Shown: in pieces, positions 46,130 to 54,595 of the stretch | Position numbering within the stretch: the stretch's first letter is position 1 | Layout: every line of letters begins with the position of its first letter | Assembly: GCA_021731085.1 (NCBI GenBank) | Contig: JAKFYB010000015.1 | Span: forward strand, 81,745-145,744 | Reading direction: 5' to 3' | Source of the DNA: Dehalococcoidia bacterium | Lineage (GTDB): Bacteria; Chloroflexota; Dehalococcoidia; DSTF01; JACRBR01 | Length of the DNA: 64,000 nucleotides | Translations under genes and position numbers: made by a program | The notes under the pieces: model-generated | What the model saw: only the letters and a program-made list of their open reading frames with translations | The model's database searches: none | What the model was told of the DNA's origin: nothing

Positions 46130-46918
46130 ATGCAGATCGAAGTGGCGTTGACGCCGAAGCTCTTGCGGCATCCGCATCTGTATGCGGTAGCGGTTGTGGA
46201 TGTGCTGCGGGCCACGACATCGCTCGTCGCGATGCATGAGAATGGGCTGCTGCGATCGATCATCAGCGAGAACATTCAGCAGGCACGACAGCTCTCGCGC
46301 GCGAACTTCTCGCTGCTGTGTGGCGAGGTTCGGGCGCTTCCGCCGGCGGGGTTCGACTACGGCAACTCTCCTGCGGAGTTCGGTGGTTTGTCGTTCAAGG
46401 GTAAGTCGGCGGTGTTGATGACGACGAACGGAACGAAGGCGATCGCCGCTGCGGCGGACGCGCCGTTCGTCGCTGCGGCGGCGCTCACGAACCGCACGGC
46501 CGTGGCGCGCAGGCTACTCGACGAGGCGACAACACGCGGGCTCGACATAGCCGTCGTGTGCGCGGGGACGGAGCGCGGGCTGGCGTTTAGTCTCGAGGAT
46601 ACCGTCGCCGCGGGCGCCGTCGTCGAAGCGGCGCAACAGCTTGATGACACGCTGCATCTCGCCGACTCGGCGTGGGCGGCGCTGCACCTCTGGCGGTGGT
46701 ACAAGGGCGATGCGATGCGCGCGTTCAAACAATCGCGGCACGGGCGGACGTTGGTTGAGCATGGCTTCGAGAAGGATCTGCGATATGCATCGCGTGTCGA
46801 TGCGTCGGAGACGGTGCCCTGGCTGCACGTCGAGAACGGCATGCGGGTGTTGCGCACGCGGACGCCCCGCAGCGCGGGGCAGTCGGCTGGCGCTCCGGCT
46901 GGCGCTCCGGCGTCGTAG
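46130..46918 (+). CDS. comB: 2-phosphosulfolactate phosphatase (ComB) family protein
   Basis: VVDVLRATTS, DYGNSP and VLMTTNGT blocks typical of the ComB family. Confidence 0.7.
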   Translation: MQIEVALTPKLLRHPHLYAVAVVDVLRATTSLVAMHENGLLRSIISENIQQARQLSRANFSLLCGEVRALPPAGFDYGNSPAEFGGLSFKGKSAVLMTTNGTKAIAAAADAPFVAAAALTNRTAVARRLLDEATTRGLDIAVVCAGTERGLAFSLEDTVAAGAVVEAAQQLDDTLHLADSAWAALHLWRWYKGDAMRAFKQSRHGRTLVEHGFEKDLRYASRVDASETVPWLHVENGMRVLRTRTPRSAGQSAGAPAGAPAS

Positions 46919-47070
46919 AAGCTCCCCGGTTCGAGGCGATTCTGGGCGTTTCGCGCGATGCCAATCAGGTGTTACGCGAATGCAATGCGAGATTCGATGC
47001 GGGTACGTTAGAGTGGAAGTAACAGACGTCCCGTAGTCGTGCTGGCAATGCGCCAGCGAAGGAGCATTCC

Positions 47071-47211
47071 ATGAAGAAGATCATGATTCTGGCCGCTGCT
47101 GCTGCCGCTGTCTTCGGTCTCGCGAAGCTTCGCGGCAAGAAGCAGGAGGACGAGTTCGGGGTCGACACGGTCGTGCCGTCGAACGGATACGCGCCGGAGC
47201 CGCAGCCTTAG
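47071..47211 (+). CDS. small hypothetical protein (46 aa; hydrophobic N-terminal half, charged C-terminal half)
   Basis: MKKIMILAAAAAAVFGLAKLRGKKQEDEFGVDTVVPSNGYAPEPQP with GAAGGAG RBS 7 nt upstream; not in the track because under 60 aa. Confidence 0.4.
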   Translation: MKKIMILAAAAAAVFGLAKLRGKKQEDEFGVDTVVPSNGYAPEPQP

Positions 47212-47321
47212 TCTCCAAACCCAGAAGCAAACAGAACGGTCGCACACAAGTGGGGCCGTTTTCTGTTGTCTGGCGCACGCCTACACTTTCCTATAGGCGA
47301 GTCTCGCCCACGGGAGGATTC

Positions 47322-48113
47322 ATGGCTGACTTTGAGTATGCGGTCGATGGGCACATCGCGAAGATGCGGTTCAACCGCCCCGAACGAATGAACGCGATCA
47401 CATATGAAATGCTTGCTGAGATCGAGCAGGCGGCGCGCGAGGCGAACGCGGACGACAACGTGCGCGCTGTGGTCGTCACGGGCGAAGGGCGGGCGTTCAG
47501 CGCGGGGACGGATCTGCAGCAGCTATCATCGGCACCACCTGCGATGGGTCGGGCTGAGACGCTCGGTCATGCGTACGGCGACGATGCGCCGGCGCCGTGG
47601 ACGTTCCCGTCGATCTCGAAGCCGGTCATCGCGGCGGTTAACGGGGCCGCTGTTGGTCTTGGTGCGGAATTCACACTGCAGTGCGATCTTCGGATCGCGG
47701 CGGAGTCGGCGCGGTTTGGGTGGGTGTTTGTGCATCGCGGGTTGGTGCCGGACACGGCCGCGGGTTCGTGGCTGCTGTCACGCATCGTCGGTCTGCAACA
47801 GGCGGCGCGGCTGCTCTTTACAGGCGAGATCATTGGGGCGCAGGAGGCGAAGGACATCGGCTATGTGCTGGATGTGGTACCCGATGCGCAACTGATGGAT
47901 CGCGCGATGGCAATGGCGGACGCGGTGACGCGCGGGAGTCCGCTGGCAGCGCGCGAGATCAAGCGGCTGCTGTATCGCGGCCTCGTGCGGCCACCGATGG
48001 AACATCTGAAGGACAGTACGGCGACGATCACGCGTTTGTTCCAGAGCGAGGACTTCAAGGAAGGCGTGCGCGCGTTTCTTGAGAAGCGTCCACCGGAGTG
48101 GCCGGGCAACTAG
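47322..48113 (+). CDS. enoyl-CoA hydratase/isomerase (crotonase) family
   Basis: Oxyanion-hole blocks FSAGTDL and AAVNGAAVGLG; GGGAGGA RBS. Confidence 0.85.
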   Translation: MADFEYAVDGHIAKMRFNRPERMNAITYEMLAEIEQAAREANADDNVRAVVVTGEGRAFSAGTDLQQLSSAPPAMGRAETLGHAYGDDAPAPWTFPSISKPVIAAVNGAAVGLGAEFTLQCDLRIAAESARFGWVFVHRGLVPDTAAGSWLLSRIVGLQQAARLLFTGEIIGAQEAKDIGYVLDVVPDAQLMDRAMAMADAVTRGSPLAAREIKRLLYRGLVRPPMEHLKDSTATITRLFQSEDFKEGVRAFLEKRPPEWPGN

Positions 48114-48133
48114 ATCTCGCACCTCGGATGAGA

Positions 48134-48161
48134 GAGCGCGGGCTGAACAGTCCGCGCTCCG
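48134..48161 (+). repeat. REP-like repeat copy 7
   Basis: GAGCGCGGGCTGAACAGTCCGCGCTCCG. Confidence 0.65.
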
Positions 48162-48184
48162 CATGGCACCGCTACACAACAAAC

Positions 48185-48209
48185 ACGCGGGCTGAAAGCC
48201 CGCGCTCCG
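48185..48209 (+). repeat. REP-like repeat copy 8
   Basis: ACGCGGGCTGAAAGCCCGCGCTCCG; pairs with copy 7 after the crotonase gene. Confidence 0.7.
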
Positions 48210-48299
48210 TCATCACATTCGCGCGGAACCTTTTCGGCTGACGCGTCGTCTCTTCTCACATCCCGCCTCATCTGTGGGGGAATCGAGGAGGAAGACATC

Positions 48300-49328
48300 A
48301 TGGGAATCCAATTCACACGCAAGGCATGGCTCATCGCCGGATCGGCGGCAGTGCTGCTGTTCGCGGCTGCATGCGGTTCGTCGATGAGCGACGACGAGGG
48401 AGCGAATTCGGAAGCACAGCCGCCAATGACGGACGCGTTCACCGACAACTCAATCGTGAGCGAAGGAGCAGGCGGCGCTGACGGCGATGCGACATCGTTC
48501 GAATCGGGTGGCGAGCGGGTTGGCGCGCCACAGGTCGGGACGACGGGCGCTTCGGATGCGCCTGATGCGGGCACCGGGTCGACGGGTGCAGGCGGTGCGC
48601 CGCTGCCGGCGCTGCTCGACCGCAAGATGATCATGACGGCGACGCTGACGCTGGAGACCGACGAAGTCTCCAAGCGCTTTGAAGACGTCGGCAATATCGC
48701 TGCCGGTGCGGGCGGGTTCGTCGCGAGTTCGTCTTTCGGGAACAGCGGCGAGCACCAGACGGCGTCGATCACGATACGGCTGCCCAGCGAGGGCTACCAA
48801 CGCGCGATCGTCGAGCTGCGGAAGCTCGGCACCGTGACGGGAGAGCAGTCGGGCGCGAACGACGTGACGGAGGAGTACACGGACCTTGAGTCGCGGCTGC
48901 GCGGATTGCGCGCGGTCGAGCAGCAGTACATGGAGTTCCTGACGCGCGCCGTGTCGATCGATGAAGTGTTGACGGTGCAGGATCGCTTGAACGGCGTGCG
49001 CGTCGAGATGGAGCAGATCCAGGGGCGGATCAACCTGCTCGCGAACCAGACGGACCTCGCCACGATCACGGTGCACCTCGAGCCACCGGCGATCGCCGTT
49101 GAGCCGCCGACCGAGGGTGGCAGCGTGACGCCGCTGGAGGCTCTTGAGAATGGCTGGGAGGCATCGCTGGCGGTGCTTGGTGGCGTTGCCGTCGTGACGC
49201 TGGCTGTGCTGGCATTCTCTTGGTGGTTGATCCCGGTCTTCGTCGTGGGGGCGTTTGTTGTGCGGCGGCTGGTGAAGAACAGCGGCTCGCGCGCGGTGCA
49301 AGCCGCGACGGTTGAGCCGAGCGCCTAA
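48300..49328 (+). CDS. DUF4349 domain lipoprotein
   Basis: Lipobox LFAAAC, Gly/Asp-rich linker, coiled-coil region and C-terminal TM segment as in DUF4349. Confidence 0.65.
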   Translation: MGIQFTRKAWLIAGSAAVLLFAAACGSSMSDDEGANSEAQPPMTDAFTDNSIVSEGAGGADGDATSFESGGERVGAPQVGTTGASDAPDAGTGSTGAGGAPLPALLDRKMIMTATLTLETDEVSKRFEDVGNIAAGAGGFVASSSFGNSGEHQTASITIRLPSEGYQRAIVELRKLGTVTGEQSGANDVTEEYTDLESRLRGLRAVEQQYMEFLTRAVSIDEVLTVQDRLNGVRVEMEQIQGRINLLANQTDLATITVHLEPPAIAVEPPTEGGSVTPLEALENGWEASLAVLGGVAVVTLAVLAFSWWLIPVFVVGAFVVRRLVKNSGSRAVQAATVEPSA

Positions 49329-49371
49329 CGCGACGTCGGGGGCCGACTACGAACATTAGATGTACACGAGA

Positions 49372-49398
49372 GACGCGGGCTGAAAAGCCCGCGCTCCG
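49372..49398 (+). repeat. REP-like repeat copy 9
   Basis: GACGCGGGCTGAAAAGCCCGCGCTCCG, between the convergent DUF4349 and queD-like genes. Confidence 0.7.
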
Positions 49399-49409
49399 AC
49401 GTGTATGTC

Positions 49410-49889
49410 CTATAGCGCATCTGTGGCCCAGGCGGCTTGGCCGGGGGCTTCTTCCACGCCGACGGTGATGGATGTGAGGTTGTTGAGGCCGGTGGCTGCG
49501 AACGCGGGCTTCAATTTCGTGATGAAGTACTCGGCGAGGCGCTCGGCTGTGGTGTTGTCGATGGGGAGGGCGAGGACGTCGGATTTCGGGAAGACGAAGC
49601 CGCGGCCGGCGAAGCGGAACTTCCAGTTGGTGTCGGTCTCGTCGATCTCGACGACCTTGCTGTCGCGCTGAAGCAGGAACTTGTGGTCGAGTTCATCGCA
49701 GATGTCGCGGCCGGCCTTCTTGAGCGCGCCGAAGTCGATCACCCACGCGTCGTCTGTGAGCGCGCCTGAGACCTCGATCGTGACGGCGTAGTTGTGACCG
49801 TGCAGCGGCTCCATCTCGCCGCCGAAGGTCGCCATGTGGGCGGCGGAGAACTTCAGTCGCACCTTCTCGACGCAAACTTTATATTCCAT
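49410..49889 (-). CDS. 6-carboxy-5,6,7,8-tetrahydropterin synthase / PTPS family (QueD-like)
   Basis: FSAAHMATFGGEMEPLHGHNY zinc-binding motif. Confidence 0.8.
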   Translation of the reverse strand: MEYKVCVEKVRLKFSAAHMATFGGEMEPLHGHNYAVTIEVSGALTDDAWVIDFGALKKAGRDICDELDHKFLLQRDSKVVEIDETDTNWKFRFAGRGFVFPKSDVLALPIDNTTAERLAEYFITKLKPAFAATGLNNLTSITVGVEEAPGQAAWATDAL

Positions 49890-50146
49890 CGGATTAGGCT
49901 ATCGAGTGCTTCGTCCACACAACAGCACGATGCATACGAGCCTGGACTTTCGAGCATCTCCGAGAATTGCCCAGAAAAACCCCTTGACACCTTGTCAGAA
50001 AAGACGACAATAGCGCGCACAACCGACAGCGTGCCAGGCCATGACGGTCGCGAAACAGGTGCTTTGGGGGAGCCGGCCTTAGGCTTGGGTCGGCTCTTGT
50101 GTTGTTGGTGCGTAGGCTATCCGGCTCGTAGGAAAGAGGAGGATAC

Positions 50147-52126
50147 GTGCGTCGATCATTGCAGATAGGTCTCGTTGCTGTCATAGCGGTTGTGGGGCTT
50201 CTCGCCGCCGCCAAACCCGTTGTGGCTGATCCCAGCTATGGATCGGATGCGGCATTTCCGGTGCTCGGCGCGGCACCGAACACAGTGCTGGGGCCGATCC
50301 CGGGCGCGCCCGTGTTTGGACCAGCGCCAGCGCCGCCGGTGGCCGTGCTGCCCAGCCTCCTCGCGCCGCCAAACCCACCCGGTTTTGGTGAAGTGGACGA
50401 TATCTCCTACGGGGACGAGAACCCGACCTACTTCCCGATGTCGGTTGAGTTCTCGACCGGCCCTGGGGTGGCGGCTGCACCTACGCTCGGCAATCTCGCG
50501 GGGCCGGTGCCACCACCGCCGTTGTTCAACCTACGGGCTGAGGCTGGGCTCATCGGGCTACCGCCGTTCGGGGATGGAGCGGTGTACTCGGATGTGTACG
50601 CATTGTTCCCGGGGCCGATGCCCTTTCTTCCACCATGCATCGTCTACGGAAACGTGCAGATCCTCGATGGCGATGGTGCGCCGGGCGCACCCTTCGGGCC
50701 GCCGCGCCTAGCGTTGAACATGCCCGAGCCCGGAAGCAACATCGATGCGTACGAGCGGACGGGCGTCGGCGCGGTGACTGCTATTCCAGGTGCGCCGCTG
50801 ATCGACGCTCCCGTGTTCTTCACGATCGATGCGGCGACGGCCGGAGCATGGGGCGCGCCTATTCCAGCTCCAACTGCAGGCCCACCTGTGTTTGCGATGC
50901 CAGCGCCCGGCGACATCCTCGCGTGGAACCCCGCGGTGGGCGGGCCTGTCATCTGGGCGACGGCTGCTTCGCTGGGACTGCCACCGGGTAGCGACATCGA
51001 TGCACTCGCGGTGACTTACACGAGCGGATTCCCGCTGCCCTCATTCCTTCCCGGCCCGTCGGGTCGCGACTTCGGACCGCCGGGAGACTACGTAGTGTTC
51101 TCGCTAGCTCCGGGTTCACCGCCTCTTTCGCCGACGAGCGGTGGTGCGGGGTTGTTCGGTTCTGTTTGCTTTGGGGCGGGCACTGCGACGGCCGGAGATC
51201 TCTTCATAAATCCGGCGCCCTTCGGCGTTGTCTTGCCGTGGCTGGATGCGGAACAGATGGGCCTCGGCGCCATTCGAAGCGGCAACGCTGTGGATGACAA
51301 CGTCGATGCGATCGACATCTGCAACACCACGCCACCACCCTTCTCGGATATCGACGGGGACACCATCGTGGACGACTGCGACTTCGACAACGATGGCGAC
51401 GGAATCGGTGATGCGATCGATCCGGATGATGATGGCGATGGGTTCGGCGACGCGCAGCAGCCGATGCACCTGGGACCAGCGAACACTGCAGCAGGCTTCG
51501 ACAACTGCCCGACGATAGCGAATCCGACGCAGATCAACACCGACGGTAATTTCCTCGACAATTCGCCGCCCTACGCGATGGCGGTTGATGACCGGACGAT
51601 GGCGATGTCGGATGCCGCTGGCGATGCTTGCGATGCAGACGATGACAACGATGGCATCACGGACTTAGATGAAGTCTCAGGGGCGGCATGCTCCGGATTC
51701 GTGACGAGTGCGCTGCGCCGTGACACTGACTCCGACCGCTTCCTGGACGGCGCCGAATGCACGCTGGGGACCGATCCTACACTGTTCGCCAGCAAACCTC
51801 TCGTCACGGCGTGCGGACCCGCTGGCGATGCGGACGGAGACAAGCTGTCGGATCGCATCGAGTTCTGTTACTACGGGACGAGTTCCGCCAGCACAGATTC
51901 TGACGTGGATGCGGCTCTCGATGGGGCGATCGACGGTTGCGAAGCTGTCTCGCTGAATGGCGACCGTATTGCGAATGTCGCGGACATGGGCATGCTCGCG
52001 ACGGCCATCTCGATGGTGCCCTTCAGGATCGTCAACGTCGACATCAACAAGGACGGCGCCTGGAACCCGGCGGATCAGGGCATTCTCGCAACCTTCATCT
52101 CGCCGAGCGGACAATGTCCGAGTTGA
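50147..52126 (+). CDS. Pro-rich secreted protein with thrombospondin type-3-like Ca-binding repeats and C-terminal dockerin-like module
   Basis: Signal peptide; PxxP-rich body; DIDGDTIVDDCDFDNDGDGIGDAIDPDDDGDGFGD; C-terminal duplicated loops SLNGDRIANVAD and DINKDGAWNPAD. Confidence 0.6.
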   Translation: MRRSLQIGLVAVIAVVGLLAAAKPVVADPSYGSDAAFPVLGAAPNTVLGPIPGAPVFGPAPAPPVAVLPSLLAPPNPPGFGEVDDISYGDENPTYFPMSVEFSTGPGVAAAPTLGNLAGPVPPPPLFNLRAEAGLIGLPPFGDGAVYSDVYALFPGPMPFLPPCIVYGNVQILDGDGAPGAPFGPPRLALNMPEPGSNIDAYERTGVGAVTAIPGAPLIDAPVFFTIDAATAGAWGAPIPAPTAGPPVFAMPAPGDILAWNPAVGGPVIWATAASLGLPPGSDIDALAVTYTSGFPLPSFLPGPSGRDFGPPGDYVVFSLAPGSPPLSPTSGGAGLFGSVCFGAGTATAGDLFINPAPFGVVLPWLDAEQMGLGAIRSGNAVDDNVDAIDICNTTPPPFSDIDGDTIVDDCDFDNDGDGIGDAIDPDDDGDGFGDAQQPMHLGPANTAAGFDNCPTIANPTQINTDGNFLDNSPPYAMAVDDRTMAMSDAAGDACDADDDNDGITDLDEVSGAACSGFVTSALRRDTDSDRFLDGAECTLGTDPTLFASKPLVTACGPAGDADGDKLSDRIEFCYYGTSSASTDSDVDAALDGAIDGCEAVSLNGDRIANVADMGMLATAISMVPFRIVNVDINKDGAWNPADQGILATFISPSGQCPS

Positions 52127-52149
52127 GAACGCTCTAGATTGAACATCGC

Positions 52150-52183
52150 AAGAAGGGGAGGGCTCTGGCGCCCTCCCCTTCTT
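52150..52183 (+). terminator. perfect 14-bp-stem GC-rich hairpin (AAGAAGGGGAGGGC..GCCCTCCCCTTCTT) downstream of the dockerin protein gene
   Basis: Read directly; no U-tract, which is common for terminators in high-GC genomes. Confidence 0.55.
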
Positions 52184-52213
52184 GTTGAGCGACCTCGCAC
52201 GCGATAATGCCGT

Positions 52214-52630
52214 ATGCACACAGCAGTGGAGACGCCTCACCGTATGTCCTGGCTGGTGGTGGGCGCGCCATTGGCGGCTGTGATTTCGGGCGTTTGCGCG
52301 CACTTCTTCGCGGACCGGCAGCCGCTACTTATTCCGATGATGATCGGGATCGTGGCAACATCGTTTGCGCTGGCGCGCGGCGGGACGGGACTACGCGTGT
52401 TCCTGCTGGCGCTGGCGGTCGGCTTCCTTGCGTGGGGCGGGGAGCAGATTGTGTACTCGATCACGCATGTGGCGGCGGGTGAGCAGTTCGAGGCGGAACG
52501 GTTCGGGCCGCAGTGGGCGCAGGTGTTGGGCCTGACGCTCGCGCACGCCGTGTTCCTGGGACTGCCGTCGGGCCTGCTCGCGGGGTTGTTGCTGCACGTC
52601 CCTCCGCTACGCGGTTCGGCGACGGGCTGA
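52214..52630 (+). CDS. hypothetical membrane protein (4 TM)
   Basis: Hydrophobic helices; stop overlaps the next start (ATGA). Confidence 0.5.
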   Translation: MHTAVETPHRMSWLVVGAPLAAVISGVCAHFFADRQPLLIPMMIGIVATSFALARGGTGLRVFLLALAVGFLAWGGEQIVYSITHVAAGEQFEAERFGPQWAQVLGLTLAHAVFLGLPSGLLAGLLLHVPPLRGSATG

Positions 52631-53091
52631 TGCACTTCGACGATCGACCGCAATTGCCGCTGACACGCCGGCGCCAGATTCTCGTCGGCGTTGGTGTCGC
52701 GATGTTCCTCATTCAGCTCGCGGTCGCGGCCTTGATCGCAGAACCAACGACGGGTGAGGACGATGCGAGTCTCGGTCTGTTCGCGGCGCTGTGGGCGCTG
52801 AGCTTCGTGTGGTCGGTCGTGGCGACGCTGTGCGTGATCCGACAGGCCGATATCCCGGATGTCTTCACGGCTGCGATGCTTGTGACGATCGCGCCGTTCG
52901 CGCTGTACGCGCTTGTTGCGGCGCTGGCGGTGCGAGGCACATCGGAGGAGACGGACATCGTGAGCGCGATGTTCTTCGGGATCACGGTTGGTGCGATGAC
53001 GGGCCTGCTCGTTTGGGCCGTGTGTATGGGGATTGCACGCACGCTCAAGCTGCCGACGACGGACGGGCTCGAGCAGCCGCCGGACGCGTAG
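52630..53091 (+). CDS. hypothetical membrane protein (4 TM)
   Basis: Translationally coupled to the upstream gene; followed by a hairpin at 53148-53170. Confidence 0.5.
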   Translation: MHFDDRPQLPLTRRRQILVGVGVAMFLIQLAVAALIAEPTTGEDDASLGLFAALWALSFVWSVVATLCVIRQADIPDVFTAAMLVTIAPFALYALVAALAVRGTSEETDIVSAMFFGITVGAMTGLLVWAVCMGIARTLKLPTTDGLEQPPDA

Positions 53092-53147
53092 GCGTAGGTT
53101 CGGTCGGGCAGCGCGTTCGCACGGCCCGCAGTCTCCCACGACGGACG

Positions 53148-53170
53148 CGGAGGGGCTGAAGCCCCTCTAG
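53148..53170 (+). terminator. hairpin CGGAGGGGCTGAAGCCCCTC downstream of the membrane protein pair
   Basis: Stem GAGGGGCT / AGCCCCTC with GAA loop, the same loop as the REP-like family. Confidence 0.45.
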
Positions 53171-53350
53171 TACTGGCCACCAGGCACGCGAATCGTCGCG
53201 AAACCGCCATCCATGGACATTCGATGCTCGATTGACACCCTCTCAAGCAGCGATCTAGCCTGCCTATGCGGGGAGGCAAGCTGTTTCAATCTGGCGAACG
53301 ACCACCTGTCTTGTGGTTGTACGCAGCCGCGCTGCCTGAGGAGACTTCTC

Positions 53351-54595
53351 ATGTACGGAACACTGGCGCTTTCACATCGCGCGCTGGACGACCTTGTTGC
53401 GAGCTGTGGTGAATCAGCGATACGCGAGGTGCGCGAGATCGCGCGGCCGCTCGAGGGATTGCGCGTGCTGAACCTGAGCGTTACGGGATTCGGCACGGGC
53501 ACGGCTGAGCTTTTGAACTCATCGGTGCCGCTGCTGAACGACCTCGGTCTGGACGTGCACTGGCAGGTTGTTCGCGCATCGGCGGAGACGGCCGACGTTT
53601 CTCGCGCGATGTATCAGGGCCTGGGCGGCGTTCCGGTCGAGTGGACGCCTGCGATGACGTCCACGTGGCTCGACTATGCCGCGATGAATGCGGAACTACT
53701 CACCGAGCGCTTCGACGCGATCGTTGTTCACGACCCGCAGCCGCTTGCGATGCGCTCGTACAACGCGACCAACGAAGATGCGGTGTGGATCGCGCACCTG
53801 CACCTAGACCTGTCGTCATCGCAGGACGACGTCTGGACGTCACTGCGGGAACACATGGACAAGTATGATGCGGCAATCTTCGATGCGGAGGGATTCGGGC
53901 GAGGAGATTTAGAGGCATCGAAGCATGTCGTGCCGCCAGCCATCGACCCCAACAGCCCGCGCAACATGCCACTATCTGACGACTTCGTTAGGTCGGTGCT
54001 AGCTCAGTACGGTATCAATCCCGATCGCCAACTCATCTGCCAGGTCTCGCCCTGCGACGCTGCGTGCGATCTCGTCGGCGTGTACGATGCGTGGAACCTT
54101 GTCCGGCGCGACCACCCGGGCGTGCAACTGGTGGTGGTGCTGTTCACCGAGCCGCAGGATGACGGGTCGAGGGCGTGCTACGACGAACTGGTGCGGTTGT
54201 CGTTGGGCGAGGACGACGTGTTCGTGATCACGCCGGCGAACGAAATCGGCAACGTGGAGATCAACGTGTTCCAGAGCGCAGCGTCCGTCGTGATCCAGAA
54301 GGGCCTGCGCAAGGGTTATGGCATGTGGATTGCCGACGCGTTGTGGAAGCGACGGCCTTGCGTCGTGGCTGCCGAACCAGGGTTGCAGGAGCAAGTCATC
54401 GATGGGGTCACTGGCATCGTCGCCCGCACAACGGGCGAATTTGCGGGCGGGATCGCGCGATTGCTAGATGATAGGGAGTTGGCGGCGCAATATGGGGAAC
54501 GTGGACACCAACACGTCGCAGAACGCTTTCTCATCACCCGATACTTACGGGACTACTTGAAGATTCTGACGCAGCTACACAGGAAGACCGCCTAG
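53351..54595 (+). CDS. trehalose synthase (TreT)-like GT4 glycosyltransferase, divergent paralog
   Basis: Collinear with the downstream TreT but with altered motifs (GTGTAE vs GGGVAE; SPCDAACD vs SRFDPWKD; RKGYGM vs REGFGL). Confidence 0.65.
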   Translation: MYGTLALSHRALDDLVASCGESAIREVREIARPLEGLRVLNLSVTGFGTGTAELLNSSVPLLNDLGLDVHWQVVRASAETADVSRAMYQGLGGVPVEWTPAMTSTWLDYAAMNAELLTERFDAIVVHDPQPLAMRSYNATNEDAVWIAHLHLDLSSSQDDVWTSLREHMDKYDAAIFDAEGFGRGDLEASKHVVPPAIDPNSPRNMPLSDDFVRSVLAQYGINPDRQLICQVSPCDAACDLVGVYDAWNLVRRDHPGVQLVVVLFTEPQDDGSRACYDELVRLSLGEDDVFVITPANEIGNVEINVFQSAASVVIQKGLRKGYGMWIADALWKRRPCVVAAEPGLQEQVIDGVTGIVARTTGEFAGGIARLLDDRELAAQYGERGHQHVAERFLITRYLRDYLKILTQLHRKTA

